IMG/VR virus record: IMGVR_UViG_3300037499_000174
Span: 1-52,840 of that record
Origin: a virus
Lineage: Duplodnaviria; Caudoviricetes
DNA: 52,840 nt
Strand: one strand, 5' to 3'
Shown one piece after another: positions 18,401-27,448 of the stretch. Every line of letters starts with the position of its first letter. Position 1 is the first letter of the stretch. The notes beneath the pieces were generated by a model, which did no database searches, was not told where the DNA came from, and was given only the letters and a program-made list of their open reading frames with translations. A program made the position numbers and the translations under genes.

Positions 18401-19246
18401 CTACGCGAACCCTCCGGCCTGCGCCTCGCCGCCCAGCAGCTCGATCGCCCGCCGCGGCACCGAAAACGTCAACCCCGCGGCCCGGGCCTCGACCCCGTCG
18501 CCGGAGCTCGCCGACGGCGGCCGGCGGGACTCCCGGCCCCGCTGGGTCGCCCACAGGTGCTGCAGGATGATCCGGCCCGCGTGGGTGATCGCCGCCGAGA
18601 CCTGCCGCCGGCCGGCGGAGTAGACCACGTCCCACGGGCCGCCGGTGAACCACAGCCCGGCGGCACCCCTGCGGATGACCACCCCGGCCTGCTCGTCCAC
18701 GTCCAGCTCCAGCGGGTCGTAGTCGGTGCCGCCGTCCAGCACCGCGGTCACCGAGGTGACGGCCAGCACCGGCCGGTGCCGCAGCACCAGCGCCCGGGTG
18801 GCGTAGTCGTGCACCCGGTCGGTGTAGGTGCGCACCGCCACCGGACCCACCCCCCACTCCGGGTTGTGCTCGACGATCTCGGTCACCGCCTCGAGGAAGC
18901 GGCGCACCTCCTCGTCGTGGGTGGTGACCGTAGCGGCGATGTTCAAGTGCTCCTTGGCGTCGGCGAGGCTGAACAGCAGCGGCGGGGTATCGTCGCGAAC
19001 ATCGAAGACATCCGTGTGGGCGGTGATCGGGCCGGTGGTGACCATCCGCCAGCGGTGAAGCCCGGCCTGCACGGTCGGGTAGTCCACCCGCAGGATGCCG
19101 GTCTCCTCCGGCGCCGGCACCGACGGGGTGACGCTGGTGCCGTCGGGCAGGGTGACGGTCAGGACCGAGGTGGCCGGGTCGGTCAGCTCACCGTCGGCAT
19201 CCCGGATCGCCAAGGCAACCTGGAAAACGTCGCCGAGATCAATCAA
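18401..19246 (-). CDS. Head-tail adaptor with N-terminal beta-sandwich extension
   Basis: SLADAKEHLNI...DEEVRRFLEAV...ILQHLWATQRG. Confidence 0.8.
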   Translation of the reverse strand: MIDLGDVFQVALAIRDADGELTDPATSVLTVTLPDGTSVTPSVPAPEETGILRVDYPTVQAGLHRWRMVTTGPITAHTDVFDVRDDTPPLLFSLADAKEHLNIAATVTTHDEEVRRFLEAVTEIVEHNPEWGVGPVAVRTYTDRVHDYATRALVLRHRPVLAVTSVTAVLDGGTDYDPLELDVDEQAGVVIRRGAAGLWFTGGPWDVVYSAGRRQVSAAITHAGRIILQHLWATQRGRESRRPPSASSGDGVEARAAGLTFSVPRRAIELLGGEAQAGGFA

Positions 19247-21963
19247 GCGACACCTCCTGAAGTCGGGACCCGCGGCCAGATCAGGGTGGCGGTCGGCCGC
19301 CGCGGCGGTACCGGTGACGAGTGGCCGGGCCGGTTCGGATCGAACGCGGCGACCACACCCGACAGCGCCAGGGTCAGGGTCACCGCAGCGGTGACCGCAC
19401 GGTCGTTGTGCCCGGTCGGGGCGAACGTCAGCGTGAGTGGTATGCCGGCGGTGGCCTGGTAGCCGGTGGCGGTGGTGCCGGCCAGGGCCAGCTCGAGGGG
19501 GATGGTGGTGGTGACCTGGTTGGGCGCACCGGGCACCGGCGCGTCCACCACCGGGGCGAGCACCACTGCGAGCGGGAGCGTGGTGGTGGCCTGGTGCTCG
19601 GCGTGGACGGTGCCGGCGGTGGCCAGGGTGAGCGGCACGGCGGTGGTGACCTGGTGGTCGGCCTGCACGGTGCCGGCCACGGTCACCGTGAGAGGGATGT
19701 TGGCGGTGACCTGGGCCGGGGCGCCCACGTCTGGCGCGTCGACCACCGGCGCCAGGGCGAGGGCCAGCGGCATAGCCGCGGTCACGGCATGGTCGGCGGC
19801 TACAGTCCCGGCCAGCGCGACCGTCAGGTCCACCTCGGCGGTGGCCTGGTGCTGCGCGGTGGCGGTACCGGCCAGCGCCACCGCGAGCTCGACCCCGGCG
19901 GTCACCTGGTGCTCGGCCTCGGTGGTGCCGGCCACCGCGATCGACAAGGGGATGTTGGCGGTCACCTGGGGGGTGGCGGTGACCCCGGTGGACCAGACCA
20001 CCAGCGCGGCGGTGATCCGCTTGCCGGCGTCCCCACCGGGCAGGCTGACCGTGTCCGCCCGGACGCCGGCGCCCTGCCCGTCGAGGATCAGGTAGCCGCC
20101 GACGCCGGCGTTGCCGCCCGCTCCCTTGCCCGCGTAGGCGTCCAGGAGAAGGTTCCCGCCGCCGACCAGCCCCGGGTTCACGTCGGTGGTGGCCCAGCCG
20201 ATGCCGGCCGCGCCGCCGTCGCGGATCGCCGCGGCGGCCAGCAGCAGCAGGTCACCGGCCGGGATGCTGGCGGTGTCACCGGTGGCCAGGGATGTGACGG
20301 AGCCGGTGTCGGAGTCCGCGACGGCGGCGGCGGCGAAACCGAACGCCCCACCCTCCTGGACGCGCAGCCAGATCGCGTCGGTGGGGTCGGCCGACCAGGC
20401 GGCGGTGAACAGCCCGTCGGTGACCGCGCTGGTGGGGACCAGCTCGGCCACACCGAGGGAGCGGCGGGCCAGGTCGTTGCCCGGCAGGGTCGCCTCGGCC
20501 ACCCGGTTGATCCAGGACGCGCCGCCGGCGTTGGGGGTGACCGCGAAGCCGGTGCCGCCGCCGCGGCTGAACGCGATGCAGATCAGCCGCTCGCCGACAC
20601 CGCAGGACAGGGTGACCGGGTTGGCGGAGACGGTGCCGGAGATCAGCCCGGTATCGCTGGGTGCCTGGACGGTGCCGGCCAGGGTCGCGGTCAGGGGGAT
20701 GTCGGCGGTGACGGCGTGGTCGGCGGCTGCGGTCGGGGCGACCGTGACGGTCAGGGGGATGTTGGCGGTGACCTGGGCGGGGGGTACGACCGCCACCTCG
20801 AAGTCCACCCACGCGTCCGGGTCGTTGACCGCGACGGTGATGGTGCGGCTGCCGCCGCCGCCGGCCTTGCGCAGCTCGACCGAGATCGCCAACCGGTCCC
20901 CGGCCGACCAGATGGTGTCCAGCGGGAGGGTGGCGACCTTGATGCCGGTCGTGTTCTGCTCGGAGCTGTACCCCGAGAAGGCCTGGAGCACCCCGGCGCT
21001 GTCCCAGCGTTGGACCCGCCACCGGTAGGACAGCGTGGCCGCGCTGACCGCGGTGACCTGGAGCTGGGTGGGGAAGCTGGTGGATCCGACAGTCGCACCG
21101 ACTACCCGGTGCCAGCGGAACACCTCGGTGAACCCACCGGACACGCCAGCGGAGGTCAGGGTGCTCGGGGTGCCCTGGGTCTCGGACAGGTCCCGGACGA
21201 TGCCGGTGGAGTCGGGCTCGTCCTGGGTGGTGCGGTAGAAGTTGCGGGATGAGACCAGCGGGCCGCTGGTCTCGTACTGGAAGTCCAGATCGGTGACGTC
21301 GGTCGGGACGCCTACGGCCGTGCTGATCTCGTCGGCCCGGTCGAGCGTCCAGTCCTCGATGCTGTAGGTCGCCAGCGGCTGGCCGAACGCCCACCCGGCG
21401 GTCGGAGCGGCATCCCGCCAGAAGTCGAGATGCTCCTCCAGCCCGGCCGCCTCGATCTCCGCGTCGCCGAACGCGTCGGCGGCCCACGGCAGCTCGTTGG
21501 CCCAGACCGCCATGGCCGCGATGTCAATGCCCGGACCCCAGCTGAACGTGGTGTCGAAGGTTCGCCAGGTACCGCCGGTCGGTGCCGTCCAGTCGGCGAT
21601 CGTGCCCACGGTATTCATGTGGGCCCAGCCGGTGGTCAAGTTGAGCAGGCTGAACCTGACCCGCTCGGTGCCGGTGACCTTGCGGACTATCAGCGCATGC
21701 CAGTCGCCGGCGGTGACGGTCGGGCCGCTGCCCCCCGACCCGGCGGTGACCCACTGCACCACGTTGAGCGTGCTGAGGGCGATCCGTCCGACCTGGACGC
21801 CGGCCGAGTCGTAGGCCGCCAGCAGCGTCCGGTTGGTGGAATCGTAGGCGGCCAGTGGCCGGAACAGGAACGCGATCGTGCCGTGGGTGAACCCGTCGGC
21901 GCCGCCGAAGCCGGCGGCGAAGACGACAGTGTCGTCGGCGTCCAGTCGCCGGACGGTCGGCAC
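19243..21963 (-). CDS. Large (906 aa) putative virion appendage with lectin-like domains and tandem repeats
   Basis: LamG-like N-terminus; repeated QVTA(N/T)IPL(T/A)xxxAGT units. Confidence 0.7.
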   Translation of the reverse strand: MPTVRRLDADDTVVFAAGFGGADGFTHGTIAFLFRPLAAYDSTNRTLLAAYDSAGVQVGRIALSTLNVVQWVTAGSGGSGPTVTAGDWHALIVRKVTGTERVRFSLLNLTTGWAHMNTVGTIADWTAPTGGTWRTFDTTFSWGPGIDIAAMAVWANELPWAADAFGDAEIEAAGLEEHLDFWRDAAPTAGWAFGQPLATYSIEDWTLDRADEISTAVGVPTDVTDLDFQYETSGPLVSSRNFYRTTQDEPDSTGIVRDLSETQGTPSTLTSAGVSGGFTEVFRWHRVVGATVGSTSFPTQLQVTAVSAATLSYRWRVQRWDSAGVLQAFSGYSSEQNTTGIKVATLPLDTIWSAGDRLAISVELRKAGGGGSRTITVAVNDPDAWVDFEVAVVPPAQVTANIPLTVTVAPTAAADHAVTADIPLTATLAGTVQAPSDTGLISGTVSANPVTLSCGVGERLICIAFSRGGGTGFAVTPNAGGASWINRVAEATLPGNDLARRSLGVAELVPTSAVTDGLFTAAWSADPTDAIWLRVQEGGAFGFAAAAVADSDTGSVTSLATGDTASIPAGDLLLLAAAAIRDGGAAGIGWATTDVNPGLVGGGNLLLDAYAGKGAGGNAGVGGYLILDGQGAGVRADTVSLPGGDAGKRITAALVVWSTGVTATPQVTANIPLSIAVAGTTEAEHQVTAGVELAVALAGTATAQHQATAEVDLTVALAGTVAADHAVTAAMPLALALAPVVDAPDVGAPAQVTANIPLTVTVAGTVQADHQVTTAVPLTLATAGTVHAEHQATTTLPLAVVLAPVVDAPVPGAPNQVTTTIPLELALAGTTATGYQATAGIPLTLTFAPTGHNDRAVTAAVTLTLALSGVVAAFDPNRPGHSSPVPPRRPTATLIWPRVPTSGGVA

Positions 21964-21973
21964 AGGTCAGGCC

Positions 21974-22288
21974 CTACCGCAGGGCTTCGACCTGTGGCGC
22001 GAAGGCGCGGAAGTCCTTGGCGGACGCTAGAGCCTGGGCGCCCAGGTAGATCTGCCGCAACTGCTCGTACTCGTTGTTCACCGTTCCGACCAGATTCGCG
22101 TCGGGCGCGTTGACCGTGTCGGTGGGGTCAAACCCGAAGTTAGTGACCAGCCCGGCCACGCCTTCCGCCTGGAAGAAGGCGTTAAACTGGCCGATCTCCT
22201 CGAACACCTCCCGCAGCCGCACCGAGATCCCGCCGATCCTGGTGTTGATCTGGGTCTTGTCGAGCAGTGCCTTGAATCCAGCGGCCAT
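21974..22288 (-). CDS. Hypothetical structural-region protein
   Basis: AGGAGGAG RBS before ATG22288. Confidence 0.7.
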   Translation of the reverse strand: MAAGFKALLDKTQINTRIGGISVRLREVFEEIGQFNAFFQAEGVAGLVTNFGFDPTDTVNAPDANLVGTVNNEYEQLRQIYLGAQALASAKDFRAFAPQVEALR

Positions 22289-22298
22289 GGCTCTCCTC

Positions 22299-22637
22299 CT
22301 AAGAGACGGTGATCGGTGCGGCGGTGAGATCGAGCTCCCCCGCGGCGTTATAGGCGAGGTCTCCAGCCAGCGCGACCGCGAAGCGGAAGGTGCCGCCAGT
22401 CGGGCCGATGGTCGTCCAGACGCCCAGATGGGAGACGGCCTGGCTGCCGGTGCCGGTGAAGCTGAGCGTGCTGACCAGCGCGGCCACGCTGCCGGACGCA
22501 GTGGCGTAGTCCGGTGCCAGCCGCTGGTCGGACGTCTGGTCGGCAGAGGTGTCACCGTCCTGGATGGCGAAGAACGCGGCCTCCAGGTTGACGGCGGCCC
22601 CGTCGGCGGCCGCGTTACGCAGTGTCGGGTCGGACAT
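22299..22637 (-). CDS. Small beta-rich virion protein
   Basis: SHLGVWTT...GGTFRF...LDLTA pattern. Confidence 0.7.
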   Translation of the reverse strand: MSDPTLRNAAADGAAVNLEAAFFAIQDGDTSADQTSDQRLAPDYATASGSVAALVSTLSFTGTGSQAVSHLGVWTTIGPTGGTFRFAVALAGDLAYNAAGELDLTAAPITVS

Positions 22638-22640
22638 CGG

Positions 22641-22757
22641 CTACTCCTCCTCGGGGTCCGGCTCGGGGATGGGCTGGCCAGTGGCCAACGACAGGTTGAT
22701 CTGAGCGGTCACCTGAGGCACGCGCTCGGGCTCCGGGGGCACCGGCTCATCGGCCAC
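22641..22757 (-). CDS. 38-aa peptide
   Basis: Manual translation MADEPVPPEPERVPQVTAQINLSLATGQPIPEPDPEEE*; fills the gap. Confidence 0.45.
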   Translation of the reverse strand: MADEPVPPEPERVPQVTAQINLSLATGQPIPEPDPEEE

Positions 22758-22995
22758 CTTGGACACCCCCACCGGCGGTCACCGATTTGTGAGCCGCCGG
22801 TGCGGTCCGGCCACGCGGCGGGGTACGGCGCGCCTTCTCCGGCTCCGGCTCCTCCGCCTCGACCGCCGCACGCCGGGTGACCCCAGCCGCGGCCAACACC
22901 TTCTCCGCCGCCCGCACCCGATCCTCCTGGCCATACGCCTTCGCGTTGGCCAGCTCGTTACGGGCCTGCACGACATGCGTCGGTTCCTTGCTCAT
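22747..22995 (-). CDS. Hypothetical protein
   Basis: AGGAG RBS; small gene in the post-capsid region. Confidence 0.65.
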   Translation of the reverse strand: MSKEPTHVVQARNELANAKAYGQEDRVRAAEKVLAAAGVTRRAAVEAEEPEPEKARRTPPRGRTAPAAHKSVTAGGGVQGGR

Positions 22996-23003
22996 CGCGA
23001 CTC

Positions 23004-23330
23004 CTAGCTGAACGTGAACGCGGTGGTCTTCTTGACGACGCCACCCGGGGTGACGACCGTGACCGTCACCGCCCCGGCGCCATGAGCTGGGGTTGTCACC
23101 ACGACCGAGGTGTCACTCGCGACGGTCAGCCCGGTGCCCGCGACGTCGTCGAACAGCACGGCGATGGTGCCGGACAGGTTGGTGCCGGTCACGGTCACCG
23201 CCGTCCCGCCGGCGGCGGCGCCGCTGGTCGGTGACAGAGCCGGCGAGGCTGTCGGCGCCGGGTACGCCGGAGAACTCGTGGTGGCCGCCCTGACGACCTT
23301 CCCCAGAGTGATGGCTCGCTGATCTGGCAT
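23004..23330 (-). CDS. IPT/TIG (Ig-like) domain protein
   Basis: LSPTSGAAAGGTAVTVTGTNL...TPAHGAGAVTVTVVTPGG. Confidence 0.85.
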   Translation of the reverse strand: MPDQRAITLGKVVRAATTSSPAYPAPTASPALSPTSGAAAGGTAVTVTGTNLSGTIAVLFDDVAGTGLTVASDTSVVVTTPAHGAGAVTVTVVTPGGVVKKTTAFTFS

Positions 23331-23332
23331 GG

Positions 23333-23554
23333 TTAAACCTCCTGCCACTGCTGGGTGACTACTGCATTGCCCTCGACCTGCACTTGCAGGTCGTGCGCAT
23401 CCGCGAACTCGTGAAGAAGCTCGATAGCCCGGCGCTGCTCTTCGTCGGTAGCCGTGGCATCCAGCGCGACGGCCCGCGTAAAACGGTTGAACTCAGTGCC
23501 GTCTGTGTTGTAATTGATCCGGGTCTCCTTGTGGAAGCCCTGCAGTACGGTCAT
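23333..23554 (-). CDS. Hypothetical protein
   Basis: 73-aa ORF, somewhat lower GC. Confidence 0.55.
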   Translation of the reverse strand: MTVLQGFHKETRINYNTDGTEFNRFTRAVALDATATDEEQRRAIELLHEFADAHDLQVQVEGNAVVTQQWQEV

Positions 23555-24107
23555 CTAGCATCCCTTCGATGTAGCTCGCCGCTCGACGTAGCCGGTTCGG
23601 ATCGTCGCCCAGCTGTCCGATGCCACGGTTGCAGTTGTCGCACAGGATTCCGCGCACCTTGCCTGTGTCGTGGTCATGGTCGACGTGCCACGGCCTACCG
23701 TTGGCGTCTGCTTGGCAGATGGCGCATCGCGCATCCTGGCTGGCAAGCATTGCCTCGTACTCGTCGATCGAGATTCCGCGCTCACGCCTCAGCCAGACGT
23801 CCCGCTGGCACCGCCGGCAGTAGGCAAAGTTGGCTCCGTCTTCGCGGTCACGTGCCACCCCGCATCGTGAGCACTGCGTGGAGCGTTCGATCTTCCACGC
23901 GGCGAAGCACGGCGTGCAGTAGGCCGGATGCCGGCCGGTCCTACGCTCACCGCACCGGGAGCAGTTGGCTTGGGGCTTCTTCTTCGGGTGACCGTTTTCC
24001 TTGCGGTACTGCCGACATCGTGCGTTCCAGCACTCGCGGCAGTTGGCGCTGTAGCTGTTGCGTGGCTTGATGCCACACCGTAGGCACAACTTCGTAGACT
24101 GTTGCAT
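23493..24107 (-). CDS. Endonuclease VII-family HNH nuclease with N-terminal Zn fingers
   Basis: CAIC...HVDHDHDTGKVRGILCDNCNRGIG. Confidence 0.85.
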   Translation of the reverse strand: MQQSTKLCLRCGIKPRNSYSANCRECWNARCRQYRKENGHPKKKPQANCSRCGERRTGRHPAYCTPCFAAWKIERSTQCSRCGVARDREDGANFAYCRRCQRDVWLRRERGISIDEYEAMLASQDARCAICQADANGRPWHVDHDHDTGKVRGILCDNCNRGIGQLGDDPNRLRRAASYIEGMLDDRTAGLPQGDPDQLQHRRH

Positions 24108-24139
24108 GTCGGACCGCCTCTTCCGCAGGTGGTTCGGCC

Positions 24140-24169
24140 GAGGCCGAGGAGTGTGTGCTCCTCGGCCTC
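24140..24169 (-). terminator. Hairpin directly after the capsid gene
   Basis: 12-bp perfect stem GAGGCCGAGGAG/CTCCTCGGCCTC; no U-tract. Confidence 0.55.
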
Positions 24170-24181
24170 ACTCGATCTAGA

Positions 24182-25618
24182 TCAGGTCTCGGTCCCCTGG
24201 AACGCCGGCGTGGTCAAGCCACTCCCCGTGATCTGCTGGTGACTGTTCGCGTAACGCCTCATGGTGTAGGCGTAGTAGCCAAACAGGACCAACAGCACAC
24301 CGAGGTTGGCGGCCTTGGCCTGCTCCGCGCGGATGAACTGAGGCGCGTCCGGGTCCTCCCAGAGGAACGACTCGTCCCGCGGCACCACCACCACCGTGTC
24401 CTGGGTGGAGCCGATGTTGGTCGGGATGTTGTTGTCCACGATGACCCGCATCCCGGACGGCAGCACCCCGCGGAAGCCCGACCCGTACGTCTCGGCCAGG
24501 TTCTCGCCGCCGTGCCGCGGGTCGATACCCGGCTGGCCGATCAGCGGCCAGGTCGAGACCATCTGGCTCTGCATCCAGTACCAGCGCCGCGAGTGCATGA
24601 CCACCACGTCCGGGTCGGCCTGTCCCAGCAACGCCGCCTCGGATGCCGACGCACCCTGCAAGATGCGCGGATACAGGTCGGCGCCGGTCGGTGCCGCGTC
24701 GGTGTACGTGATGTCAGTCGCCACCGCCAGCAGGCCGGTCGTCGCCTGGTTGATGATCGTGCTGTCCAGGTTCGTCGCGTACCGGCGCTGCAGGTCCCGC
24801 ATGGTGACCTCTTCGATGCCGGTGCCCCGGTCGATCGCCTGCCGGCTGACCGTCTGCTGACCCGCCGCGGTCTGCACGTTCTCGGTCAGCAGCGTGTCAT
24901 CCGCGTCCGTCTCGCTCACCGCGTCGTTCTCGTTGGCCTGCAGGGCCACCGAGGTGGGCGTGGTGATCCGGCTGATGTTCACGGTCATGCCACTTGCCGG
25001 CAGCGGCAACGAGGTCATCGCATCCGCGAACGGGCGCCGGGCCGCCACTGCGGGCGCGAACATCTCGGTCAGGTACTGGGGCACGGTCAGGCCAGCGAAC
25101 GCGCCGGTCCCGGTCGCACGCTCCAGGTACTGACCGCGCTCGACCCGCTCCTCCGACATGTGCCGAGCCAGCCGCACCTGTGAGCTCGGGTCCTGGTACA
25201 GGAAGTTCCGGATCACGTCATGCAGGAACTCCTTGCCACCCCGGCAGTTGCCCTTGTGGTAGGTCCGCTCCTCCGACCCCACCCGGGCAACCCGGTCGTA
25301 TGCCGGCTTGGCCCCGGCGGTGGTCTTCGGGTCCACGCTGCGTTCCTGCAGCGCGGCCTCGATAGACCGCTCGGCATCCTGGGCCTCGCGAGCCCGGCGC
25401 AGCTTGTCCGCGATGCCCCGCAGCTCACCCTCGGACGCCTTGTGACGCTTCATCGCCGCGTCGCAGTCGGTGTCCTCCTCGGCGGTCAGGTTCGGCCGGC
25501 CGTCAGCCTTGGCCCGGGCCAGGATGCTCTTCACCTCGGCCAGCGCCCGGTCCCGCTTCTTGGTCGTCTGCTCCTGCTCCACCTCGATGGACAGGATCAG
25601 ATCCTCGATCGTTGCCAT
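24182..25618 (-). CDS. Major capsid protein (HK97 fold, N-terminal delta-like coiled coil)
   Basis: Coiled-coil N-terminus, GLTVPQYL, TAAGQQTVSRQAIDR; follows the protease. Confidence 0.9.
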   Translation of the reverse strand: MATIEDLILSIEVEQEQTTKKRDRALAEVKSILARAKADGRPNLTAEEDTDCDAAMKRHKASEGELRGIADKLRRAREAQDAERSIEAALQERSVDPKTTAGAKPAYDRVARVGSEERTYHKGNCRGGKEFLHDVIRNFLYQDPSSQVRLARHMSEERVERGQYLERATGTGAFAGLTVPQYLTEMFAPAVAARRPFADAMTSLPLPASGMTVNISRITTPTSVALQANENDAVSETDADDTLLTENVQTAAGQQTVSRQAIDRGTGIEEVTMRDLQRRYATNLDSTIINQATTGLLAVATDITYTDAAPTGADLYPRILQGASASEAALLGQADPDVVVMHSRRWYWMQSQMVSTWPLIGQPGIDPRHGGENLAETYGSGFRGVLPSGMRVIVDNNIPTNIGSTQDTVVVVPRDESFLWEDPDAPQFIRAEQAKAANLGVLLVLFGYYAYTMRRYANSHQQITGSGLTTPAFQGTET

Positions 25619-25715
25619 GATTCGGTTGCTCCTCACAGAGTCAGCTGTTGGGCTGCTCCGCGTCCGCCGGGCGCCGCCGGTACGAGTGCGGGCGTGCGCG
25701 TCTGGCGGATGGCCA

Positions 25716-25810
25716 CCGATCTGAGAGTCGGCTCGCTGTCCGCGGTGCTACGTGCTGTGGATGATGGCCGGTCTGACTGCCGGTACTGCTTAGGCCGGTA
25801 TGACCCTCGG
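25716..25810 (-). repeat. Three related 16-nt hairpins upstream of the capsid gene
   Basis: CCGAGGGTCATACCGG, CCGGCAGTCAGACCGG, CCGACTCTCAGATCGG on the minus strand. Confidence 0.65.
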
Positions 25811-25812
25811 CC

Positions 25813-27438
25813 CTACGTTTCGAGCAAAGCCTCGATGTGAGCGATGCTACGCCCCGTCCGGGGCTCCTCCCGCTCCGGCGCGGCGGCCTGGTCGAGCTCG
25901 GCCACCCGGGCCGCCACCGTCGCGGTCACATCCTGGCGCGCCTGCAGCCGGGCCACCGCCGCGCGGGCGGCGCCGGCCGGCAGGTGGTCCAGGTCGGCCA
26001 GCACCTCACCGGAGCGGGCGCTGACGTCGGTCCACGGGTTCGCGCCGTAGTTGACCGCGGACACGTCGCCCCGGTCGATGTCAGCCTCGCCGATCCGGAA
26101 CTCGGTGAAGTCCTGGTTCCAGCGGCCATCGCGCAGCATGAACGCGAAGCTCATCTCGGTGACGTCCTCGTCCTCGACCGCGGTGACCAGGTCCGACACG
26201 TCCTGCCGCTTCGGGTTCAGCCACGCGTCGGTCTTCAGGCCGACGTCGTCCATCTCCAGCCGCAACGAGTCGTTGGTGGTCCGGGCCATGGTCACGCCGC
26301 GGTGGTTCACCAGAAACGCAACGTCCGGGCCGGCCGCCAGGGTCAGATCGAAGGCCCCGGATTCGATGATCTCCAGGTAGGGGCCGCTCTCATCCCACAT
26401 TTCGTACGGGGTGTCCACCACCGAGGCGTGGCCGGTCAGGTGGTAGCGCCGCTGGCCGTTGTGTTCCACCAGCTCGGTCCGCATCCGGGCCGGGAACGAC
26501 GCCATCCGGGCCGAGCCCACACCCACCGGCGCCGACCGGCGCGTCACCCGACCCGAGCGGTCGCCGGAGGCCTCACGACGCGCGGCGGCCGCCTGCCGGC
26601 GCTCCGCGTCACTGCTGGCCCGCGCTATCGCCACCGGCATGGTCTCCTCCCGCTTCTGGACCTTGGCCACCGCCCGCCGCCGGGGCGCCGGGGCGGCGCG
26701 GCGACCGGCGTACCGGAAGTCGGTCAACGCGTGCCGGTGCTGCATCCGCTCCCTCACCTCCGGGTCAGCCGGGGGCTCCGGCTCGTCCTCCACCGCCACG
26801 TCAGCCAGGCCCAGCTCGACCGCCTCGTCCGCGAACAACCACGTCTCGGCCAGCATCAGCTCACGCCACTCGGCGGCCTCACCGCCGGCCCGGCGCCGGT
26901 AGATCCCAGCCACGTTGTCCGACTGGCGGTCCAGGAAGGTGGACATCTTGGCCATGTCGGCGGCGTGGCCGCGCTCCATGCCGAGCGCGTCGTGGATCAT
27001 CATCTGCGAGCCCGGGTGCATCCGGATCTCATCCCCGGCCATCGCGATCACGCTGGCGATGCTGGCCGCCAGCGAGTCCACCGAGACCACGATCCGCGCC
27101 CGGTGCTGCCGCAAGCTGTTGTAGATCGCGATCCCGTCGAACACGCTGCCGCCGGGCGAGTTGACCCGGACCAGGATCTCCCTGGCCTGGATCTCGTCCA
27201 GGTCCCGGGCGAACTGCTCCGCATCCACCCCGAACGACCCGCCGACCTCGTCGTAGATCCACACCGTGACCGGCTCGTCCGGCTCCCCCTCGGCCTGGTT
27301 GCTGATCGCATACCAGGGCAGCCGCACATCAGCCAGCTCGGCCACGCCCAGGCCCTCGCGCTGTGCCCGGGCGATGATCCGCGCCGCCGTCCGGTCCTTC
27401 AGATCCTGCAGCCGGCGCATGTGGATGCTCTGGCTCAC
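25813..27438 (-). CDS. Prohead protease: ClpP (S14) domain fused to HK97-type (S78) protease domain
   Basis: VNSPGGSVFDG, AASIAS, MMIHD; then FLVNH, EMSFAF, DVSAVNYGANP. Confidence 0.88.
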   Translation of the reverse strand: MSQSIHMRRLQDLKDRTAARIIARAQREGLGVAELADVRLPWYAISNQAEGEPDEPVTVWIYDEVGGSFGVDAEQFARDLDEIQAREILVRVNSPGGSVFDGIAIYNSLRQHRARIVVSVDSLAASIASVIAMAGDEIRMHPGSQMMIHDALGMERGHAADMAKMSTFLDRQSDNVAGIYRRRAGGEAAEWRELMLAETWLFADEAVELGLADVAVEDEPEPPADPEVRERMQHRHALTDFRYAGRRAAPAPRRRAVAKVQKREETMPVAIARASSDAERRQAAAARREASGDRSGRVTRRSAPVGVGSARMASFPARMRTELVEHNGQRRYHLTGHASVVDTPYEMWDESGPYLEIIESGAFDLTLAAGPDVAFLVNHRGVTMARTTNDSLRLEMDDVGLKTDAWLNPKRQDVSDLVTAVEDEDVTEMSFAFMLRDGRWNQDFTEFRIGEADIDRGDVSAVNYGANPWTDVSARSGEVLADLDHLPAGAARAAVARLQARQDVTATVAARVAELDQAAAPEREEPRTGRSIAHIEALLET

Positions 27439-27448
27439 CGTCGCCTCC

